DNA of 62,822 nucleotides, the filler included, from Stramenopiles sp. TOSAG23-2 (Eukaryota), in assembly GCA_900128395.1 (NCBI GenBank). It is 7 parts of 7 records of this genome, joined end to end, with 100 filler letters (N's around TTAATTAATTAA, not from the genome) between each part and the next. Parts side by side here need not be neighbours in the genome. Positions count along the whole stretch, not along the records: positions 17,996 to 26,887 come from LT650151.1; positions 26,988 to 35,878 come from LT650152.1; 5 more parts are not named here. One strand, 5' to 3'. The notes beneath the pieces are model-generated. The model was not told the origin of the DNA. It did no database searches and saw only the letters and a list, made by a program, of their open reading frames with translations. The translations under genes and the position numbers were made by a program. This document shows positions 20,141-32,705 of this stretch, in pieces (within the stretch, counting starts at the first letter, position 1; every line of letters begins with the position of its first letter).

Positions 20141-21011
20141 AATCTCAACACTTTTAGGTTACAATTACGGGTACTTGTGAATAAATACTAGTTTGGCTTC
20201 TGACTTCCGATATTGAAGTTCTGTTGGATTAATTGGCAGTATCCTAAAAAAAACAAACAAATCCTGGTTGTACAATTTACAGCTGTTTTTTTGTCCACTA
20301 TTAATAAATTACAAATATAATAATATAATAGATATATCTATGTTGCGCTCTTTTGTTGTTTGTTGATTTTCTAATTGAATGATTGTAGACGACTAGACTA
20401 CTATGAGGAATACAATAACCGTAGTATATGATATACAACCACATAGTCGTGTTTGATGCATATATATATATATATTCTATTTTAATGAAGGCTGGCAAAA
20501 TTCCTCTTTTTTTTACTTTCGTTGTTGACACCAAAATTAGACTTATCTTAAGTTATTCTAACCCTACTCTTTAACCCCATTTTATCTGGCCAAGTTGATT
20601 AGCACCTATGTGAGAGCTTCATCACGTAGGGCAAGCCCTGGGCATCGTTCGCTGCTCCTATAGTGTGTTCAATATTCGGGCGCTCCTCCACTTTATTATA
20701 ATTACCATCATCATCTTCTTCCATTTTTTTTTGTATTATGTTTATAATCCCCATGGTGTGTGCCTGCTAATTGAACCAATGGATGGTATCACTACAATGG
20801 CAAAAAAATTGGCCGGTACAAAAAGGCTAATGCTAATTAATGCTATACCCTTTGCTTCACGTTGTTTTGCAGGTAGTGTGATTATCTGAGAACAGTGTAA
20901 ATGTTCAGTAAATTGTATTATATATCTAAAACTATATTAGACCGTAAAAATAATGTGTTAAAACTGAAATCCCTTACATATTAATACCCAGGCAAACAAG
21001 AAAATAAAAAT

Positions 21012-21496
21012 ATGAACGTGTTAATATTATTATTGTGTGGTATAGTCGCGATAAATGGTGCACACCACAATTTAGAATTCTTAGTGGAAGACTGGGTGTA
21101 AGTTCTCACTCTATTCCCTAGCCCCTTCTGGCAATCCTCTCTAACACATCACTATTCATACGCTACGCTCCATAGAGTTGACTTTTTAAGACCGACTGTA
21201 CCGTTAAAGCCTAAAAAGGCAAAGAGGCAAACACCATTCTTTATACCGGATGCTAACAGAAAAGGTGCTATACTTGTGAATGGTCAATATCCTGGACCAA
21301 CTGTTGAGGTAGATGTGAATGATACCGTCTCAATTAACGTTATAAATAGTTTAATATCGGAGGCAACTACTATTCACTGGCATGGGATTCACCCCTACGA
21401 AACACCATGGACAGACGGGACAATTGGTGTAACACAAGCCGGTAAGTTAAAAACATTGTATTACAATGCAACATAAACGTTGGATCTATACTAACG

Positions 21497-21533
<37 letters not shown>

Positions 21534-23181
21534 CCTTCCAATTTTGCACAATAACATCACTGTAGGGATTCGCCCAGGCGAAAACTTCACATACACTTTC
21601 CGTGCATGGCCAGCAGGAACGCACTATTGGCATTCGCATATGGATGGAATGCAAAGCGCAAAAGGGTTGCGTGGCGCTTTCATTGTGCATGACAAGAACG
21701 AAGAGACCTATATGCCTCCATATGATGAAGAAAAAATTATAGTGCTTGCGGATGAATGGCGTGATCCAGAAGTTTGTTTAAAGTTAGAAGGTGCTATGGC
21801 TGGGAACGATGTTTGCTCCGATATTGATTATGCAAGTTTTAATGGCCAAGTTGCTTGGGGGGATATGCAAAAACCAGACTTGAAGAAATACCCATACCCG
21901 CTGTTAGAAGTCGAAGAAGGAAAATGTTATCGTTTACGACTGATTATGCAAGCATCAAACGCAGAGAATTACATTGTAACGTTTTCTGGCCATGACTTGA
22001 CACTGGTTGCGTTGGACGGCGTACCAGTTCGCCCTCTTCAAATCAGCCAGATTAACATGCATATCGGCGAAAGGGCAGATGTTATATTGTGCGCCGATCA
22101 ACCAAAAGGGTATTATGCAATTGAAATGATGTACGATTATGCATGTTCGCTGACAAAAGGACACTTCATCCCACCAGGATTCCACGCTGTGTCCAGTTGT
22201 AAATTTTACTCTTTTTTGTATTATTCAGGATATAAAGATTTACTTGGACCACCAACCTCACCAAAGGGCAAAGGCGGGGGTGCCTACCCAAAACCTTTAA
22301 GAGGCCCTCGTTTCGATTTGACAGACCCAGGAGACTGGAGATTGACGCAGCCGCTGGATTTACGGCCTGAACCCGAGGAACCAGATGCACGTTTCGTCAT
22401 GAATTTAGGTTTGAAGGGGCCAATATACGAGAGTCCTACAGATGAACCGTTGAGAAATGGGCGGTGGTATATGGATATTAATGGGCGGAAGGAAACTTGG
22501 AAAAAACCACTTACCCCGGCACTTCATACGAAAAATAAATGTGGTGTCAGTGGGGTGCCAATTTTAGACATCCCGGAGAATGCATCTTCGGTGGAAATTA
22601 TTTTAAATAATTTAAGTCCAACTGCACATGCTATCCATTTACACGGGTTATTATTTCAAGTAATTAATATTGCAAACTATTCATGGTGTAATGTTAACCG
22701 AACCGCGTGTTTTGTTATGCCGGAACAAATGAATCCATGCCCAGAGGAGGACCGACGCATGTCAGATATTAACCATATGAGTGGGTTAATGGACATGTAC
22801 TGGGGCTGTGTTTACAACGAAACAAAATATAAACGATTTCAAAACCTCAAAACTCCTTTACGAAAAGATAGTTTTCAACTTTGGCAACGAAGTTGGGCAG
22901 TTCTGCGAATACATGCTTGGGCACCGGGGATATGGCAGTTTCATTGTCACATGGAACAGCATATACCTCTCGGTATGATATCTGCACTGAATGTGCTTCC
23001 AAGTAAACAACCACCGATTCCAGAAAATCTTCCTACAGAAGGCCCGTGCCCTGTTTGGTCATGGAAAAATGAGACTCAGGTAGGGGCGTTGGAAAATCAT
23101 CAATTATTGCAAGAAAATGCTCGTCTTCAGCAACAAGTGGTTGAATTACAAAAAGAATTAAACAGTAAATGCAATGCATAA
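21012..23181 (+). CDS. Secreted multicopper oxidase (laccase/ascorbate oxidase family); exons 21012-21097, 21176-21441, 21566-23181
   Basis: Signal peptide MNVLILLLCGIVAING; Cu motifs TIHWHG, YWHSH, HAIHLHG, FHCHMEQHIPLGM; GT-AG introns (gtaagtt...catag, gtaagtt...tgtag) join three exons in frame; short C-terminal coiled coil. Confidence 0.92.
21098..21175 (+). other. Spliceosomal intron 1 of the multicopper oxidase (78 nt)
   Basis: GTAAGT donor, CTAAC branch motif, ATAG acceptor; removal keeps frame (EDWV-VDFL). Confidence 0.8.
21442..21565 (+). other. Spliceosomal intron 2 of the multicopper oxidase (124 nt, contains a (TA)n microsatellite)
   Basis: GTAAGT donor, GTAG acceptor; removal restores the conserved TQAGIRPGENFTYTF. 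Confidence 0.88.
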
Positions 23182-23439
23182 TTATATGGTTGAATGGAGA
23201 ATGCATAAAAATGTCACATCAGGGTGATGTGATGTTGGGAAGCAATTATTATCAAAGAAGTTCAACTCCACCTTTTTTAAGTTGGCAAAAAACAAAATAT
23301 ACATGTGATGGATACAACATTTGTGCATTGTACTTTATTTAATATTATTATGCGTACAATAAACGATAATGATGTTTTTTTTGTTCTTAGACAGTTTTTT
23401 TCCTTTATTTTACTTTACATTGAAATTGTAAGATCCTTT

Positions 23440-23745
23440 TACCAGAGTAAAAAATGTCGGTACTTGTTGGAGGTAAACGATGAAATATTTATGGAAGCTT
23501 TACATGGCCACATATGATAGATGATTTGAAACGAATTGGTATCATAAAAACAAATTCACAAGTTGCTTTTGCACACACCCTGGCAGATATCATACAAAGG
23601 AACTTACTTCAATATCATATTTCCCTTCTATTAAAGGTATGATTACATATTTAAAATTGAAACAACATTGCACAGGCGAAGAAGCGTCAACAAGAAGAAG
23701 AAAAAGAAGAAATTAAAGAACATTTAGACAACGGAAATTATTAGC
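23440..23745 (+). pseudogene. Possible decayed coding fragment (weakly SAM-domain-like)
   Basis: Protein-like pieces in different frames: EIFMEALHGHI*, IDDLKRIGII, KKRQQEEEKEEIKEHL; interrupted by stops and shifts. Confidence 0.2.
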
Positions 23746-24114
23746 ATAAACATCCATATATAAAATATTTTATTATCATAATACTAATATTGCGCTTCTG
23801 CCTAATTACAGTATACCTAAACATGATCTTAACTTTTCCTAACTGCCTTATTTATTATAGGTTTCTACACCTATGGACACAGCATTACTTAGTGATATTT
23901 CCATGCCAACTATTAGAACCTGGCTAACTATTAGAACCTGGCTAACTATTATCTTTCCAGCTTTTTCAGCCTTTGTAAGTTGTAAATATATATATATATA
24001 TATATATATACATATTATAGTGACAAAAAGAAACAAATTGAAAAAGAAAAGAAGACAACAAAAACTATTAAAGTCATTTAACAACATACAATAAATATAT
24101 AAGAAAGAAAAAAC

Positions 24115-24543
24115 ATGAAATCGTTCCTGTCTGTGCCACTAACAATTGTTGCTTTGTTGGCAATCACTACAATCGCTGCATCCTCGCCAGTGGGTGTTAT
24201 TGAAGATGCTCCAACAGGTTTGTTTTGCGGAAAAAAACTTGGAATTATATCTGAAAACATGACCATCTATGGGAATAACACATTTGAGTATCACAACTTG
24301 GTGACCCCACCCTTTGTGAAGAAAATACATATCAACTGTTATAATGAAAAGTTTATATGGGACAGCGAAAATAATGAGTTGAACTTGACAGCAGCAGCCT
24401 CAAATCCAAACGATTGTTTAACAAAAGCAGCAAAAGAATCGAAATCTGGCTTTCCTACATTTACATTTGATGGTACAAATATCAATAGTAAAAACAAATT
24501 TGGTTCATTGAAAATGAAACCATCGTCAACTGGTAGTTGTTAA
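24115..24543 (+). CDS. Small secreted beta-rich protein
   Basis: 142 aa; signal peptide MKSFLSVPLTIVALLAITTIAA; PTGLFCG motif; 4 Cys. Confidence 0.75.
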   Translation: MKSFLSVPLTIVALLAITTIAASSPVGVIEDAPTGLFCGKKLGIISENMTIYGNNTFEYHNLVTPPFVKKIHINCYNEKFIWDSENNELNLTAAASNPNDCLTKAAKESKSGFPTFTFDGTNINSKNKFGSLKMKPSSTGSC

Positions 24544-26887
24544 ATGCACCGTATAATGGGTTGATGATTGTGTGACCAGTACAAAATAGGAATGTAGAAC
24601 GCGTAGGTGTATCCAAGGAGACAAATACATATCATATTGATATCTGAAAAAAATGGGAAGAAAAGGAAAGGAAGAACCAAAGACGGAAAAAATTGAGGAA
24701 GATATGCAATATACTTTGTATAACTTTCTTAAGAGAGTTTGGATAAAGTATAAGGAAAATTGTGGTTGTATTCCATAAATTTTATTATTTGCTTTTTTGA
24801 GATGAGAAGTCAACATAAACTAGTGAAACAGAACTGCGTTGTGACGAAAACGTGCATTTTAAACCGTACCTGTCACATGAACAAAATATACATAGAATAG
24901 AATATAAAAATGAGACATCTCAAGATCAGCTGGTATACACAGCAGGCATTATAAAAAACTCATTGGTCTCTAACTATAGCTAAAATTGTGTAATTTACAG
25001 TTTTTACATGTTAGTTTTTTTGTGTATTTGTGTTATACACACACATGAATCACAAACAACATATATTTTACATTTTATACGCACACACTCTTTTTTTAAA
25101 TTATGATTCATTGTACGAAACCAACAATTGATGCGGTTGGTCAAAAATATTGAATCAAAATAGCATGTAGCCAAACAATATGATGTAGGACTGCCCAAGC
25201 TCGTGTCTTGATCCTGGCGTACCAAGTGAATCCAGGGATCTACTTCGTCCATCTTAATCAAATCTTTTGCAGGGAAGTGTGTGTTGGTTAAAAATTTGTA
25301 TTGATCGCACAAAATTGTATAGCACTGTTGGCAGCTATAGCTACAGAGAGAGAAACAATTTTTTATTCATTCATTCAATCATTAAATTCTTATGTAATGG
25401 ATATTTATTTATGGAAAGGCCAGCCCGACAGCCAGGTGGTGTGTTTATGGTGCATATAATAGTATCGTGGTAGGTGTGTTTATGGTCTAGTACGCTGTGT
25501 CTATGGTGGTTTAGCTAGGTGATGGTGGCGACGTGCTATGCCTATCGTGGCACGAGTTGGGTGCTATCCCTATGCTAATTAGCAGGCAAAAATCTGGAAA
25601 TTCAACTATAGTCTACTAACTATAGTCCACAACCCTAACTGTATATTGGCGTTCCAACACACACATCTATAGTGCTAGTGCATGTGGATTATTTAGTTGA
25701 ATATTCAGTAGTATTCAATTTGTGTTCACTATTCATTTTACTTCGTAGTATTGTTGTATTTATTACTGGAGTTATTATTTATTTATTTATTGAATTATTT
25801 ATGTATTCAATTATTTAATTATTTATTTAATTACACAGAAACTAAAAATACGTAAATTGTAACTTATATTTTTATGGAGATCGAGTATTCAGCATAGTAT
25901 TTACCACAATAGGCCAAACCTCTCTTCTTTTTTTGTCGTGACCCTAGTCCTAACCGAACTCATCGTTTATGCTATTAAGTGTCCACCAAGTTAAAAAAAG
26001 AACCCTACTGCTATCTGCAAACTGGGAAGAGTTCCCGTTCTGTTCCCAGTTGCTTAGACTATCGTGATTTTCAAGATCGGGTTATTTTAGGGTTATAGAC
26101 CAAAAATTCACAAAAATTTTCAAAATTTTTCAGAAATATCACCAAAATACAATATGAAGATTTTTTCTATCTAAATCCACTTTTTTGTTGATCTTCAAGC
26201 TCAACAATAGATTCATATATATATTTCTTCATGTGTAAAATCAATAAGAATTAGTATAACAGATATAATACATATATATCAGGGAAAAAAAAGAAAGGGT
26301 TAACAACCAAGAACACATAGACACATATTTCTCTACCGTGACAGCAATCATAATAATTAAATAAAAATATATAATTCAGAAATTATACAAATACACAATA
26401 AATAAGCAGTTAATAGAGAGAGAGAGAGGAATTAACCAAAAACATACTAACAATAATATAAATGGGTATATGGTTCACACGTCCTATTTTGTCCGTATAT
26501 TGGATATTGGCACTAGCTAATCAAAATGACAGGATTCTGGCGCATGAGTGAGTTTTAAAGTAATTTGGCCGTTGCCTTTTATTAAATATATTCATAATTG
26601 AAATAATTAGATGTGTCCATCGATCGACAGAATATGGTTTTTATAATAGTGCTATTTACCTGGCAGATAAATTTAGCACTACATAGCACTAAAAACAAGA
26701 TTTCAGGTGAAGAAAATTGACGAAAAAAATGCATCGCACCATCATTATTTGCAGCATTTCTATTTATCTATAATAGAATTTACGATGTTTTGATTTTCTA
26801 ATTTCGCCAATATATATAAATGAGTATGATCATATTTAAATCATTTTTGATTTGAGATGTTAATTTCCGGGAGTAAAAGAAATTTAT

Positions 26888-26987
26888 NNNNNNNNNNNNN
26901 NNNNNNNNNNNNNNNNNNNNNNNNNNNNNNNTTAATTAATTAANNNNNNNNNNNNNNNNNNNNNNNNNNNNNNNNNNNNNNNNNNNN
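26888..26987. other. Artificial contig linker
   Basis: N44-TTAATTAATTAA-N44. Confidence 0.98.
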
Positions 26988-27243
26988 CAATTGTGCTAAA
27001 ATTAATTGTCCCGCTGAATAAATATGTCCCACTTGGTAAAAACATTTTACCACCAACACCATTATATAATTTATCATTAATACACGTTTGAAATGCTTGT
27101 GTAATATCTGTCGTGCCGTCAGGTGTAATATTCTCACAATCTGTCACGACATTAAAATCGACAGGTTTATTACTGTTTGTTGCTGCTAATGTTAATGTTG
27201 CATTGACAAAAACAAGTAATAATATAATTAAAGAATGACTCAT
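26988..27243 (-). CDS. Secreted right-handed beta-helix (Pectate_lyase_3/GH55/GH28-like N-terminus) protein, truncated at contig end
   Basis: Signal peptide; FNVVTD...DGTTDITQAFQTCI...GGKMFLPSGTYLFSGTI is the typical N-terminal motif. Confidence 0.75.
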
Positions 27244-27723
27244 TTTTTAGATGATGATTTATTCAAAAAATAAATAAGTATATGTATGTGTGTGTGTGTG
27301 TGTGTGTATACATATATATATATTAATTTATAACTTTTTATTATGAATTTGTTTTGCTAATAATCGTACTAAATCGCAAATATACAAACTTTTCTTGATC
27401 CGTTTTATAATATTTTCTTTTACTGATTTCTTCTCTATATTTTCCTGTCTCTCTATAATTTTAATAATACTAATAATTCATAAGGCACTAAGGATTTATT
27501 TAATATAAATAAATAAATTATGAAGCAGCTGAAATGAAATGATACACTGTTATATTATAATATGATATATTATATTTTATGACGTACACACACAAAATTT
27601 TATCACATTCATACTTTTTAACTATTTTTAATATTTTAATTTAATTATATTATACATTTTTTTCGCATATATGTTTTTGATTTTGCAACTTTTTTCTTTT
27701 TTCTAAACTTAAACTTTTCAAAA

Positions 27724-28410
27724 TCAATCAAGCTGAGCAATCGAAGGATCCATCCAACTATCTAATTCTTTTATTTCTCTCAATGAATTAAAATTTCGAT
27801 TGCTTTCTTGCTGATTTCGTTGCAAACTTTCTCTTAAGAGACATACTTTTTTATTAGCTGGCTTTTTCATAATATTATTTTGTGGGGATGTATTTTTCAT
27901 TTCTATGTCCCCTTTACCATCATCATTATTGATCTTTGCGTTTGTTGATTTTTTCTTCCCCTCCTCCTCCTCCTCTTCCATTTTTTTATCATTATTTTTA
28001 TTTACATCAGTACTATAAAATTTATCAACATCAATTGTTCGAAAACGTTCCTTTAAAAAATCATAATTGTCTTCATTATGAAACAATTTTTCATTTACAA
28101 TGTTGTCAAATTTTTTATAAAATTCATCTTGGCTTGTATTCTTTGGCAATTTAATTAAAAAATCCATATATAAAATTGGGGTTATTTTGTTTGTATTAAA
28201 TTTATTTCGTATAATTGTTTGGATAACGTCCCACTGTTTGGAGGTCAACATTTGTTTGTCTTGGTTCATACATGCAATTAAATGTCTAACATGTTTAAAG
28301 AATAATGTTTTTGTAGTACCGTGTATGTAACAATTTAACTCCCAATATTGCTTTGAACCACCATTGTCCCTGTGGTCGTACGGCAATTCTTCCCAATCTA
28401 AACAGGCCAT
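27724..28410 (-). CDS. Hypothetical protein
   Basis: 228-aa ATG-initiated ORF with host-like codon use; no recognised motif. Confidence 0.6.
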   Translation of the reverse strand: MACLDWEELPYDHRDNGGSKQYWELNCYIHGTTKTLFFKHVRHLIACMNQDKQMLTSKQWDVIQTIIRNKFNTNKITPILYMDFLIKLPKNTSQDEFYKKFDNIVNEKLFHNEDNYDFLKERFRTIDVDKFYSTDVNKNNDKKMEEEEEEGKKKSTNAKINNDDGKGDIEMKNTSPQNNIMKKPANKKVCLLRESLQRNQQESNRNFNSLREIKELDSWMDPSIAQLD

Positions 28411-29254
28411 TTTATTATTTTAATATATATATATATGTACAAATGATGTAACTAATAAACTTAGTATTACTTTCTTTCTTTAAAAAAAAATGAATTAATG
28501 AATAACAGGGGTGGGTGGGGGATACAAACAAATAAATAAACAAGAATATAATACTATTATTTTCAACACGCAAAGATATATATATATATTTAAATTAGTA
28601 GTATATCGATAAAGAGTAATAATCTGATTTCTTGGATTCTGTATCTCTTCTTTTATTGTTTTGTTGGTTCAATGTATTTTCACACTTCCTACATGTAAAC
28701 ATTAACATAGTACATATATAACATTAAATAATAAATTAAAATAATAAATATTTTGTTGTGTAAAAATGTTAATTAATAATAATTCTAATACCTGCACTAC
28801 GAGCCTCGTATTCTAAATATAATACCGGTCTATGTATTATATTATAGTATAGCTACAGCACAGGGATTATAATAAAAAGATGGTTGTTGTCATAAATTTA
28901 AATTTTAATAAAAATTAAAATGTTGTTCATGCATCAATACTCATCTTTTTTTCAGATTCCCCTAACAAAAGTGTATATTAATATTCTGTGGTATAATAAA
29001 TAACAGGAACACAGCACTATTATACTTCAGAAAACAACAAAGTGGCCCAAATCGAAGGGGGGGGGGAGATTACCTCCTGGATTACGAATTACGAAAAACA
29101 ATAAATAATAGATAAATGAATAGATGAAACAACGTTGAAATGATGTATATGATTGTAATTATTAGAAAAGTCTTTCAAGAATATATTTAATTGAAATCAT
29201 CGTGCTTTATTATTGAAAACAACAACAAATAGTGTGTGGAATTTCTATTCAAGA

Positions 29255-29290
<36 letters not shown>

Positions 29291-29372
29291 TTCAACAAAG
29301 AATAATTACAAATTATAATCCAGTTTTTTTGTTTTTTTAACTATATAATTAAATAATAATTTGGTGAAAATA

Positions 29373-31141
29373 ATGTTACATATGATGAATACGAAAATAT
29401 TACATATAAAAGTGATATTGTTTGTAGTATTGCAATGTGTATTTATGTCTGCTGTAAATAGTGAGTATCCAATTTGTAAAGTTGGTGAAGCTCTTCCGAG
29501 TGGAGCTATACTTACATCTGGTCCTGCATCACAATGTAGTGGTCTATCTAAAATAACAACAGCAGCAGACTGTAAATTAGCAGCTAAATATAATAGTAAG
29601 AATAATATTGATAAAAATGGAGGATATGGAGGCGGAGGGAGTTGGCCGAGTAACCCACCTGGATGTGTTTATGATAGTAGTATTAATAAATATTATTGGA
29701 ATGACTACACAAAATCAACAACAAAATGTGGTAATATTTTGAAATGTATATGCAAAACAAAAACATGTATCAACTGTCCTTCCGGTACATATCAAGACGA
29801 AACAGGTTCTACTACGTGTAAAACCTGTGCGTCTGGGACGTACAATACCGAACAAGGACAAACTACTAAATCTAGTTGCAAAACATGTGAACCTGGACAT
29901 TCATGTACAAGCGGGAACGAGCAAATATGTTTGTCCGGTACATATCAAGACGAAACAGGTTCTAGTACATGTAAAACCTGTCCAACTGGAAAAGTATCTC
30001 CAAAAGGCTCAACAACATGTTACAATTTACAAAATATGTTACAAAACGTACAATCATTAAGTACACAACAAGGTGGTATCATCAAAGCTGTTGCATTATC
30101 CAATGCAAAATCCAACGAAGTGAAACAAAAAGCAAATGGTTTAATAGCAAAATTATCATTAAATTGGGCAACACAAGATGTAATTAACGAAGCACAAATA
30201 TTACGTGATCAATTATCAAAACTACCAGATTACAATGTTACACATCATTGCGAACAAGAAAAAGAACGATTAGCATATGGTGTATTACGAACTGGTGTTA
30301 TTGTACCACCCGATGCAGAAATTGATAATAAATATTGTTTAAATGAAAATCGTAATCGTTTAATAAGTTCATTTTGTAATTTTCGTCCACGATTTATTAA
30401 ATTATTAAAAGATAAATTAAATCCAGTATTACCATCGTTTCCGAAATATACAGGACAATATCAAAAAGACTTGGATCTGTTTTGTACTGGTTATGCTCAT
30501 ATTGATTTAAATCCTCCAGATACAGTTATTAATTTAGCTGTTATGAATATGCTCATATTGATTTAAATCCTCGAGATACAGTTATTAATTTAGCTGTTAT
30601 GACTCCATGGGATATACCAAAAAATATACTTTTTTTACTTGGTTCACGTAAACAAGGACGTTATGAAATTAGTGATGATTGTCCAACACCAATGTTTACA
30701 GCAAATGATATTTCATTACAAAATATTGATGGTATGGATTTATTTATAGTGAAATTAGATTCAACATCACCAAATGGATATTTAAAACGAGAATTACCAC
30801 AATGTGGTACAAGAAATAATATGGCATTTAAGCCGCATATACCAAGAACAACGATTGATGTAAAAATCTGGCTTGATCATAATTCATGTTGTCCAGATAC
30901 AAAAGATTATCAAGTATGTAAAAATATTGCTTGTGCACCTGCAGAAGATGGAAATGGTATTACAAAAGTAATTGATCCATGGACGAATCAACAAATTGGT
31001 TATAATTACAAAGTGACTGGTACAACCTTTAAAGCAACATGTGATAATAAACCAAATAGTCAACCATGTGGCAGTAGTAGTAATTCAAGACGTCGACGAT
31101 TGCTTCAAGATGAATATGGAAATAGTGGGGAGAGACTTTAA
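29373..31141 (+). CDS. Secreted Cys-rich surface protein with GCC2/GCC3 (ephrin-receptor-like) repeats; frame broken by a ~56-bp duplication at 30492-30602
   Basis: Signal peptide; CPSGTYQDETGSTTCKTC repeats; ORF 30599..31141 continues the frame after the duplication; ends RRRRLLQ...; exact start Met uncertain. Confidence 0.75.
30492..30602. repeat. Tandem ~56-bp duplication with one SNP
   Basis: tatgctcatattgatttaaatcctc(c/g)agatacagttattaatttagctgttatga twice. Confidence 0.9.
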
Positions 31142-31298
31142 AAAAATGTCTTTTAATAAAATCGAGAGACAGTGTGCCTGTGAACAAAGGGAGGACGTCG
31201 ACGATTGCTTCAAGATGAATATGGAAATAGTGGGGAGAGACTTTAAAAAAATGTCTTTTATTAAAATCGAGAGACAGTGTGCCTGTGAACAAAGGGAG
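31089..31298. repeat. Tandem 105-bp duplication with one SNP
   Basis: gacgtcgacgattgc...gaacaaagggag twice (tttaat vs tttatt). Confidence 0.92.
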
Positions 31299-31588
31299 AG
31301 TCTTTTTATACAATATATATATATATGAGTAAGAGAACATTTTATATAATAATGCTCAATATGCCTTCGTATCCTACTATAGTAAAAAGCTCTAAATTGC
31401 ACCTCTGCAAACTACGTACGAGTCGTAATACTCTACAAGCATGAGTAGGTTTTTATCCTTCCTTTCTTAACTCGTTGAACGAGCTGGATATATTAATAAT
31501 CTACCAAAGATAAAAAGATACACACACACACAAGGAATTGAGACGCAATTCAATAGAATGAAAAAATAGAAAAAAATATAGTGAAATA

Positions 31589-31820
31589 TAGGAAAATGAA
31601 CAAATACCAAAACGGGAAGGAGAGAAAAACAAGAAAAGATGATGCAATCATTCTTTAAAAATACAATAAAGCAATCTAGATGGTACAATGTATCACAATG
31701 TAAATAGGAAAATGAACAAATACCAAAACGGGAAGGAGAGAAAAACAAGAAAAGATGATGCAATCATTCTTTAAAAATACAATAAAGCAATCTAGATGGT
31801 ACAATGTATCACAATGTAAA
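31589..31820. repeat. Tandem 116-bp duplication covering the DnaJ gene start
   Basis: taggaaaatgaacaaatacc...tcacaatgtaaa twice. Confidence 0.9.
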
Positions 31821-32438
31821 ACAATGAGATGGATGAATACTACTACTACAACAACAAATAGAAATTTACTTAAAGCATATCGTGTTTTGAATGTCACTTC
31901 TGATGCTACTCAAGATCAAATTAAATTAGCATATCTGAAAAAAGTAAAAGCAACACATCCAGATCAAAACCCAGATTCTGAAACAGCGGCAGATGATTTT
32001 ATACAAATTAAAAATGCATATTTAACGCTTCAAGGTTTTGAAACGAACGATGAATTAAAAGTCGAGAAAAGTTTATTGACGCAAATAAAAGAAGCACAAG
32101 CTAGATCAGATACAAACTTTGGACTTGATTTACTGAGTGATTGTGTTAATGATGGCAAAAAATTAAATGCAACTGAAACGGAAGCATTATGTAAATTATT
32201 ATCATATTCAATTGATGATTGTTTATCATTTTACGAAGAATCTAAAGTTTTTATTAATAAAGAAGAGGAATCGTTAGGTTGGAATAATATTTTAAGAAGG
32301 ATTCGCTCTGAAAAACAAGAGACATCTGAAACAATGAATGAGTTATTGCAAATTCTTGATAAGATGGATAAATTAGGAATTGCACATGACTTGGCATTGC
32401 TGGAAAGCCAAATTTTTACTTTTTTCCCACTTCAGTGA
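31755..32438 (+). CDS. Mitochondrion-targeted J-domain protein with helical C-terminus
   Basis: AYRVLNV...QIKLAYLKKVKATHPDQNPD...FIQIKNAYLTL (HPD motif); presequence-like N-terminus. Confidence 0.88.
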   Translation: MMQSFFKNTIKQSRWYNVSQCKTMRWMNTTTTTTNRNLLKAYRVLNVTSDATQDQIKLAYLKKVKATHPDQNPDSETAADDFIQIKNAYLTLQGFETNDELKVEKSLLTQIKEAQARSDTNFGLDLLSDCVNDGKKLNATETEALCKLLSYSIDDCLSFYEESKVFINKEEESLGWNNILRRIRSEKQETSETMNELLQILDKMDKLGIAHDLALLESQIFTFFPLQ

Positions 32439-32524
32439 TGATGTGTGGTTATCACACCTTGGCATTGCTGGAAAGCCAAATTTTTACTTTTTTCCCACTT
32501 CAGTGATGATGTGGTTATCACACC
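32390..32524. repeat. Tandem ~68-bp duplication differing by a TG indel
   Basis: cttggcattgctggaaagcc...gatgat(gt)gtggttatcacac twice. Confidence 0.9.
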
Positions 32525-32705
32525 AAAAGACCACATTTAATTTTTTTATGTTCTTTTTATTTTTTAAATACGTATTATATTTAAATAAAATAAAAATACG
32601 CTCGTATTATTTTAAAAAAAGAAGTCTTTTTATTTTCTTTTTTCTTCAAAGAAAGTGTTACGATAATTTTAAAAATAAAACTTATATGCGGAGCATCACC
32701 CCCCT

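Noticed and set aside
21466-21565. N-terminus MQHKRWIYTNVYYIYIYIY of the 571-aa ORF
   Set aside because: It is intron 2 ((TA)n microsatellite) read in frame
23908-23950. 18-bp direct repeat actattagaacctggcta x2
   Set aside because: Two copies only, with no associated element or credible ORF
31029-31402. Short ORFs with duplicated peptides
   Set aside because: Produced by the 105-bp tandem duplication over the stop codon/3' UTR
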